Source: Candidatus Marinacidobacterales bacterium
GTDB lineage: Bacteria > Acidobacteriota > Vicinamibacteria > Marinacidobacterales > SMYC01
Length of the DNA: 64,000 bases
Assembly (NCBI GenBank): GCA_965237955.1
Contig: OZ250169.1
Coordinates: forward strand, 3,264,001 to 3,328,000
Direction of reading: 5' to 3'
Shown in pieces: positions 59,245-64,000 of this stretch. The position numbers were made by a program, and so were the translations under genes. Under the pieces are notes generated by a model. That model was given only the letters and a program-made list of their open reading frames with translations, ran no database searches and was not told the origin of the DNA. Numbering within the stretch: the stretch's first letter is position 1; every line of letters starts with the position of its first letter.

Positions 59245-60006
59245 TCAGAACGTGTAGGTCTTACCCTGCTCGATGAGCTCGACACCCGGGAGATTGAGCT
59301 TTTTCAGCTCCGCATCGATTCGCGGCAGGTGCCCGGGCTTCGTGTGGGTGATGAGAACGCGCACCTGTTTCGTCAGCTTCTTCAACTCCGAAGCCAGGAT
59401 GTCCGGCGTCATGTGGCCGCTCGCGTGGGCGAGCGTTCCGTCATCGTTCGAGAACGAGACTTCGGTGATGACCGCTTTCAGGTTGTCTTGCGAAGACGCC
59501 ACTTCCCAAACGCGATCGGTGGGGCCGGTGTCACTCGTGTACACGATGGCGCTGTCGCCGTCCTCGACGATGAAGCCGACGGTGGGAATGAGATGCTCGA
59601 CTTCGACCGGGGTGAAGGTGAGCTTGCCGATGGTGAAGGGCTTCTCGATTTCGATCTCCTGGAACCGAAGCGTCGGCGCATCCTGTGAAGGTAGCTTCGT
59701 AAAGTCGGGCCACAGCTCGTCGTTGAACATGTGACGCTTCAAGCTATCGACGACTGCTTTCGTGCCGTAGACGAAGACGGGCTCATCCACTCGACCGTAT
59801 ATATTGTCGACGAAGAACGGGAGGCCGCAGTTGTGGTCGAGGTGGGTGTGGGTCACGATGATGTGGCCAACTCCGAGCTGCTCGTCGAGCGTGAGTGGAC
59901 CCGTGAGGCCGCCGGCGTCGAGCGCGATATGGTCGTTCAGGAGATAGCACGACAGGAAGCGATCCTTGACGCTTCCCCCAGAACAGCCCAGGACGCGAAG
60001 TTTCAT
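59245..60006 (-). CDS. Metallo-beta-lactamase fold cyclic-nucleotide phosphodiesterase
   Basis: LRVLGCSGG, DAG, THTHLDH, HMFND.LWPDF, SDTG, GHMTP. Confidence 0.85.
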   Translation of the reverse strand: MKLRVLGCSGGSVKDRFLSCYLLNDHIALDAGGLTGPLTLDEQLGVGHIIVTHTHLDHNCGLPFFVDNIYGRVDEPVFVYGTKAVVDSLKRHMFNDELWPDFTKLPSQDAPTLRFQEIEIEKPFTIGKLTFTPVEVEHLIPTVGFIVEDGDSAIVYTSDTGPTDRVWEVASSQDNLKAVITEVSFSNDDGTLAHASGHMTPDILASELKKLTKQVRVLITHTKPGHLPRIDAELKKLNLPGVELIEQGKTYTF

Positions 60007-60201
60007 GACAGTTGGCTGGATTAGCCTCGAGCTCGCCGCGACGTCACGTCGCTTGGAGCATTGGTGTGCATTCGGAAAGTCCGTTCAGTTGTGAGCCTTC
60101 TCGGCCTTCTTGGATTGAGCAACTCTGGATCTTGAATATATCTGGTAAAAGTAAGGGATGTCAACGCTTCTGCGCCCGATGACGGTCCGCCGAGCCGCGT
60201 A

Positions 60202-61326
60202 GTGAGCCTCTTCATCGTCATTCTGGGTGTCATCAACGCCTTGCTCGCGTTGACGTCCCTGATGACTCGACGCCATTCACCGAGCGACGAACCACTGTCG
60301 AGCGAAGACGAAACGCCTTCGGTCACGCTTTTCGTCCCCTGTTGCGGCGCCGAAGACGGGCTCGCCGCAAACTTGAAAGCGCTGAGCTCGCAGGACTACC
60401 CCGGGCTCAGGATCTGCCACGTGGTCGAAAGCCGCGACGACGGCGCGGTGCCGATCATCGAGGGACAAGAGAAACGGCGCGGCGAGGTCGTCGTTGCCGG
60501 TGCTGCCGAGGGGCGCGGCCAGAAAGTGCACAATTTGCTCGTTGCGCTCGATGGTGCGGAGCCGACCGAGGTGTGGGTTTTCGCCGATTCGGACGGACGG
60601 CCCGACCCACAGTGGCTTTGGCGTCTCGTCGCGGCGCTCGCGCAACCGGACGTCGGTGTCGCGTCGACGTACCGGTTCTATGTTCCCGAGCCCGCGAGCT
60701 TCGCGACGCTGCTCCGCTCGGTTTGGAACGCATCGGTTCTATCTCTTCTCGGCGAGCACGACAGGAACTTTGCGTGGGGCGGCGGCATGGCGATCCGTCG
60801 CGACGTGTTCGATCGCGCCGGTGTCCGAGACGCGTGGAGCGGCGCCCTGTCCGACGACTATGCGCTCACCCACGCCGTGAGGCGCTCCGGGCGGAAGGTG
60901 ACGTTCGTCCCGAACTGCCTCGTACCGTCCTATGGGAGCGTCGGCATCGGAGAGCTTTTGTCGTGGGTCACCCGTCAAATCAAGATCACACGAGTCTACT
61001 GGCCCGCGTTGGTCTGGGCGGGGGCGGCGCATCATGGGGTCTACACGGCCTTTCTCGTGCTCGGGCCTTGGGCGGGCGGTCAGGCAGCGCTCGTCTTGTG
61101 GGTGGCGGTGCTGTTCATGGGAGCGTGGAACGGTGCCGCGCGTGCGCGCCGTTTTCCGTGGGTCAGAAAGTACGCGTGGGCTTACGCGACGATGTTTCCC
61201 TTGGCGAGCTTTCTGACCGTCCAGGCAGTCTTGCGAGCTTTGGTGTCACGCCGCATCGAGTGGGGAGGGCGCGTCTACGAGATGCGCTCGCCAACCGAGA
61301 CCGTCATCGTCCGCCAATCACGCTGA
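60202..61326 (+). CDS. Glycosyltransferase family 2/21 (ceramide glucosyltransferase/HpnI-like)
   Basis: QDYP, KVHNL, FADSD, WGGGMA, LSDDY, RQ..ITRVY, IEWGG. Confidence 0.85.
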   Translation: MSLFIVILGVINALLALTSLMTRRHSPSDEPLSSEDETPSVTLFVPCCGAEDGLAANLKALSSQDYPGLRICHVVESRDDGAVPIIEGQEKRRGEVVVAGAAEGRGQKVHNLLVALDGAEPTEVWVFADSDGRPDPQWLWRLVAALAQPDVGVASTYRFYVPEPASFATLLRSVWNASVLSLLGEHDRNFAWGGGMAIRRDVFDRAGVRDAWSGALSDDYALTHAVRRSGRKVTFVPNCLVPSYGSVGIGELLSWVTRQIKITRVYWPALVWAGAAHHGVYTAFLVLGPWAGGQAALVLWVAVLFMGAWNGAARARRFPWVRKYAWAYATMFPLASFLTVQAVLRALVSRRIEWGGRVYEMRSPTETVIVRQSR

Positions 61327-61948
61327 GACCGCGAGCATGACGGGTCGGGTGCGCCGGTGACCGCATCCCCGCAATGAGCTGGAACAACGGCTGCAGGAAG
61401 GGCACGCGCAAGCTCCAGCCGATGAACGCCCATCCGAGATGGACGTGCTCCAGAGCACGAGCGAGTGCGGCAATGCCTTTATCCTTTGAGCCACCATCTC
61501 GGGGATCGTAAGTAAGGCGCGTCAAGGGTTGTCCGGCAGGAACGAGCTCGAGGTGCGACGCGGTCGCGAACCAGCGAGCGAGCTGGCGGCACTGATTGCA
61601 ATCGCCATCGAAATAGAGGATGGCCGGCGGGTGAGTGGGGCTTCGCCACGGGCGCCACCTTGGCAGCCACCGCCGAACGTTGTTGCGGTAGTCGATCCAA
61701 ACGCTGCCGAAGCGCTCGCTCAGATGGCGATTCTCCTTCCAAGGCACTAGAGTAACGCCGTAGACGAAGACGGCGGCCGACGCGGCGACGACCCAACCGC
61801 TCTGCAAGAAAACGCCCCACACCAGCAAGAGAAGAACTTTTGCGATCTGGAACGGGTTCGCGACGTAGGCGTAGGGTCCGGTGGTGACCATTGTGAGCGG
61901 CGAATCGTGGGGCATGGGTGTCCCCCGCCCGCGATCTCTGAACTCGAG
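61304..61948 (-). pseudogene. C-terminal half of a membrane methyltransferase (ICMT/PEMT-like) fused to a DCC1-like domain
   Basis: LEFRDRGRGTPMP, TGPYAYVANP, ERFG..W..Y...VRRW, FDGDCNQC. Confidence 0.75.
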
Positions 61949-62356
61949 CCTCTCGCCACGCCCGTGTCATTCGACGAGCCGCTTCCGCACTTTCTTCGCC
62001 TGGGGTTTCCGACGCCGCAGTGGATCCGCGGCAGTGGGCTCGAGCTCGGCGACCGCCGTGTGATCCGTTTCGCCGGCGGCGAAGGTGAGCCAGGCAATCT
62101 TACGCTCGAAGTGGTGGAGCGTACCGAGACGATGGTTCACTTCCGTTGCATCGAAGACGAAACCAAGATAGCCCATTGGCTGGATTGGAAAGAGTCCATC
62201 GTCAAGTTCACGCCGGAAGCCGGCGGCACGCGGGTGAGGTGGACTCTCGACTACGATCGGCGACTCGATCCGGCGTGGTATTTCGCTCCCATGGAACGCT
62301 ACGCGGTTAGACTCCCAGCTGAAGCCCTCATCGATAACCTGGCCGAGCCGCGGTGA
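61949..62356 (+). pseudogene. C-terminal half of an SRPBCC-like membrane protein (inside the inversion)
   Basis: LRLGFPTP, GDRRVIRF, YDRRLDPAWYF; no own start or RBS. Confidence 0.7.
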
Positions 62357-62883
62357 GCGACGTGCGAGAACGCTCCGTCGCGGCGACGTTACTAGCTTGC
62401 GTCTGGGTCGCCATCGCCGTCTTCGCGCTGGAGCGTTTTCTTCCGAGTGCGACGTGGCGTGGTCCGTATCTGCTCGGGGTGTCTTTGTCGTATCTCCTCA
62501 TCCGTGTGGCCATGTGGGGTGTCTTGCCGGCGCTCTTGTTGCCACGCGCGCCCCTTTGGCGTGTCGGTTGTCTCGTCGTCGGTCTCGACCTCGTCTTGCT
62601 CGACGCCGTGACGATGAGCACTATCGGTGGGGAGCTTGCCGGTCTCACGCTCGCGTTCGTTCCAGCGCAGCTCTTCTACCGTTGGACCCGCGACCAAACC
62701 CACCTGCGAAGCAGGGTGGCGTTACATTTCATCTACTACACCGTGCTCCTCCTCTGGGTACTGCCCGCGGTGCTACTCGAGCTCACGACCGGCTCGTTCG
62801 AGCTCTTGTCGACTCCACTGACGCGGCTCGACAAGGTTCTTCTGCAAATCATCGCGCTTCCGGGCATCCTCGGGATCGCGGCG
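62353..62883 (+). pseudogene. N-terminal TM half of the methyltransferase gene (inside the inversion)
   Basis: Multi-TM segment ending ALPGILGIAA; its natural continuation LEFRDRG is on the opposite strand at 61948. Confidence 0.7.
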
Positions 62884-63385
62884 CCTCGATATCGGCAGGG
62901 CTCGATTCGAGAAAACGCTCGACGGTCACGCTCTCGTCGCGAGAGAACGACCACTCGTCGCTCACGCCTTCCATACTCATGACCACGAGCGGCAAGAGCG
63001 CGACGGACAGAAGCTTGGCTTCCCTTTGCGCCCTTCGCTTGTCGAGCTCGGTCACGATCCCGACGATCAATCCGAGAAGATAGAAAAGAGGCGCCGCCAT
63101 CAAAACGCACACGATGCCTTCCCCGAGAAGCGCGCCCGACATACCAATCGCGATCGTGATGCCTTTGAGCGCGGAGGCGATGGCGTTCTCGCTTCGCGGC
63201 AGCAACGCGAGCAGGATCGCGAGCCCCGCGGGAAGACCAATGAACAACAGCGACGTTTGCTCGAGGCGAATGCCGACGATCGCTCGGTAGGCGATGCCGA
63301 ACAAAGCGAGGCCAACAATCTAGACGATCAGCTTCATTTGATCGTCGGTCGGCACCCATTTCTGATGTTCAGGTATTCCCGTCAT
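62884..63385 (-). pseudogene. N-terminal half of the SRPBCC-like membrane protein; in-frame TAG at 63320-63322
   Basis: ATG 63385 with RBS; LEQTSLLFIGLP, EGIVCVLMAAPL; ends SPADIE at the breakpoint. Confidence 0.72.
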
Positions 63386-63416
63386 CGTTTCCTCTCTTGT
63401 TGTGTAGGGGTCTCGA

Positions 63417-64000
63417 CTAGGTCCGCGCGAAAATCGGGCCGAGCGCGGCCGGAAGGTCTTCGAAAAGAGCGCCGACACTCGGCAGCTTCATCAACCTAGT
63501 CGCGAGACCAAGCGCGCGGCTCGCGAGGGTCACGAGTCGGCCGGTAGCCTCGGCTCGGTCAGTCGTATCATGAATCCAGCAAAAGACGATCGCGAGCTGA
63601 AGAACGAACAAGAGGAAGGATAAGGATTCGATACGAGCGTCGGGAAGCTTCTGGGAGGACCCGCGAAGCACTTCCCTCATAGCCTCGGTGACTTTTTCGC
63701 GAACATCAACGGTGGACGATCCGAGGACGTAGACCTTGGAAGCCGGATTGATGCCGACCGAGAAGAGCGAGCCGAGAGTTTCACGATACGACTCCATCCC
63801 CTCGAATTGCGCCTTCATCGCCCACCCGAACCGCTGGGCAATCGTGCCCTCAGGGAGCTTCGCTACGGCTTCCGTGAACTCATCCGAAAGCTGGCGGTAA
63901 AGGGCCAAGACGAACGCTTCTTTGGCGGGAAAATAGCGGTATGCGAGGCCTGGCGACGTCCCCGCCTTCGCCGCGATATCCCGCATGGTGGTGGCCTCGA
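63417..64000 (-). CDS. TetR/AcrR family regulator (start beyond the window)
   Basis: HTH TTMRDIAAKAGTSPGLAYRYFPAKE. Confidence 0.9.
   Translation of the reverse strand, partial: EATTMRDIAAKAGTSPGLAYRYFPAKEAFVLALYRQLSDEFTEAVAKLPEGTIAQRFGWAMKAQFEGMESYRETLGSLFSVGINPASKVYVLGSSTVDVREKVTEAMREVLRGSSQKLPDARIESLSFLLFVLQLAIVFCWIHDTTDRAEATGRLVTLASRALGLATRLMKLPSVGALFEDLPAALGPIFART

Noticed and set aside
61940-62892. Invertase-controlled shufflon or phase switch
   Set aside because: Only a 5-bp, very common inverted word at the ends, an imprecise rejoin, no recombinase, and an extra nonsense codon in one gene.

Overview
GC-rich bacterial chromosomal segment, probably Acidobacteriota (inferred from gene style: TIGR02999-type ECF sigma, Ser/Thr kinase, myxobacterial-type RecBC). 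Core genes are intact: hemH, 2-oxoacid dehydrogenase E1-beta/E2, folC-accD, folK plus deoxynucleoside kinase, fadD-gatB-ftsE, ftsX, ggt and an hcrCAB-like molybdo-flavoenzyme operon. Accessory genes are heavily damaged, with about 17 lesions in 64 kb: fusion deletions, an in-frame internal deletion, frameshifts, in-frame TAG stops, orphan fragments, two ~1 kb inversions and three insertion elements. The insertions are an IS5-family (IS903-like) element that truncates recB, an ISL3 element in a kinase gene, and a 125-bp MITE with a CTAG target duplication. The most interesting signals are: (i) a ~480-bp non-coding ISL3 arm with DnaA-box-bearing hairpins, a GCGAAGC mini-hairpin and an AT-rich patch; (ii) several 7/8/9-bp-period tandem-repeat elements, some as inverted pairs and one in frame inside gatB; (iii) a queuosine-salvage-like gene coupled to the hcr-like operon; (iv) a stand-alone Tudor-like domain with a histone-H1-like tail; (v) genome erosion coinciding with loss of RecBCD. 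No rRNA, intact tRNA or CRISPR array was seen. All calls come from motif recognition, without database searches.
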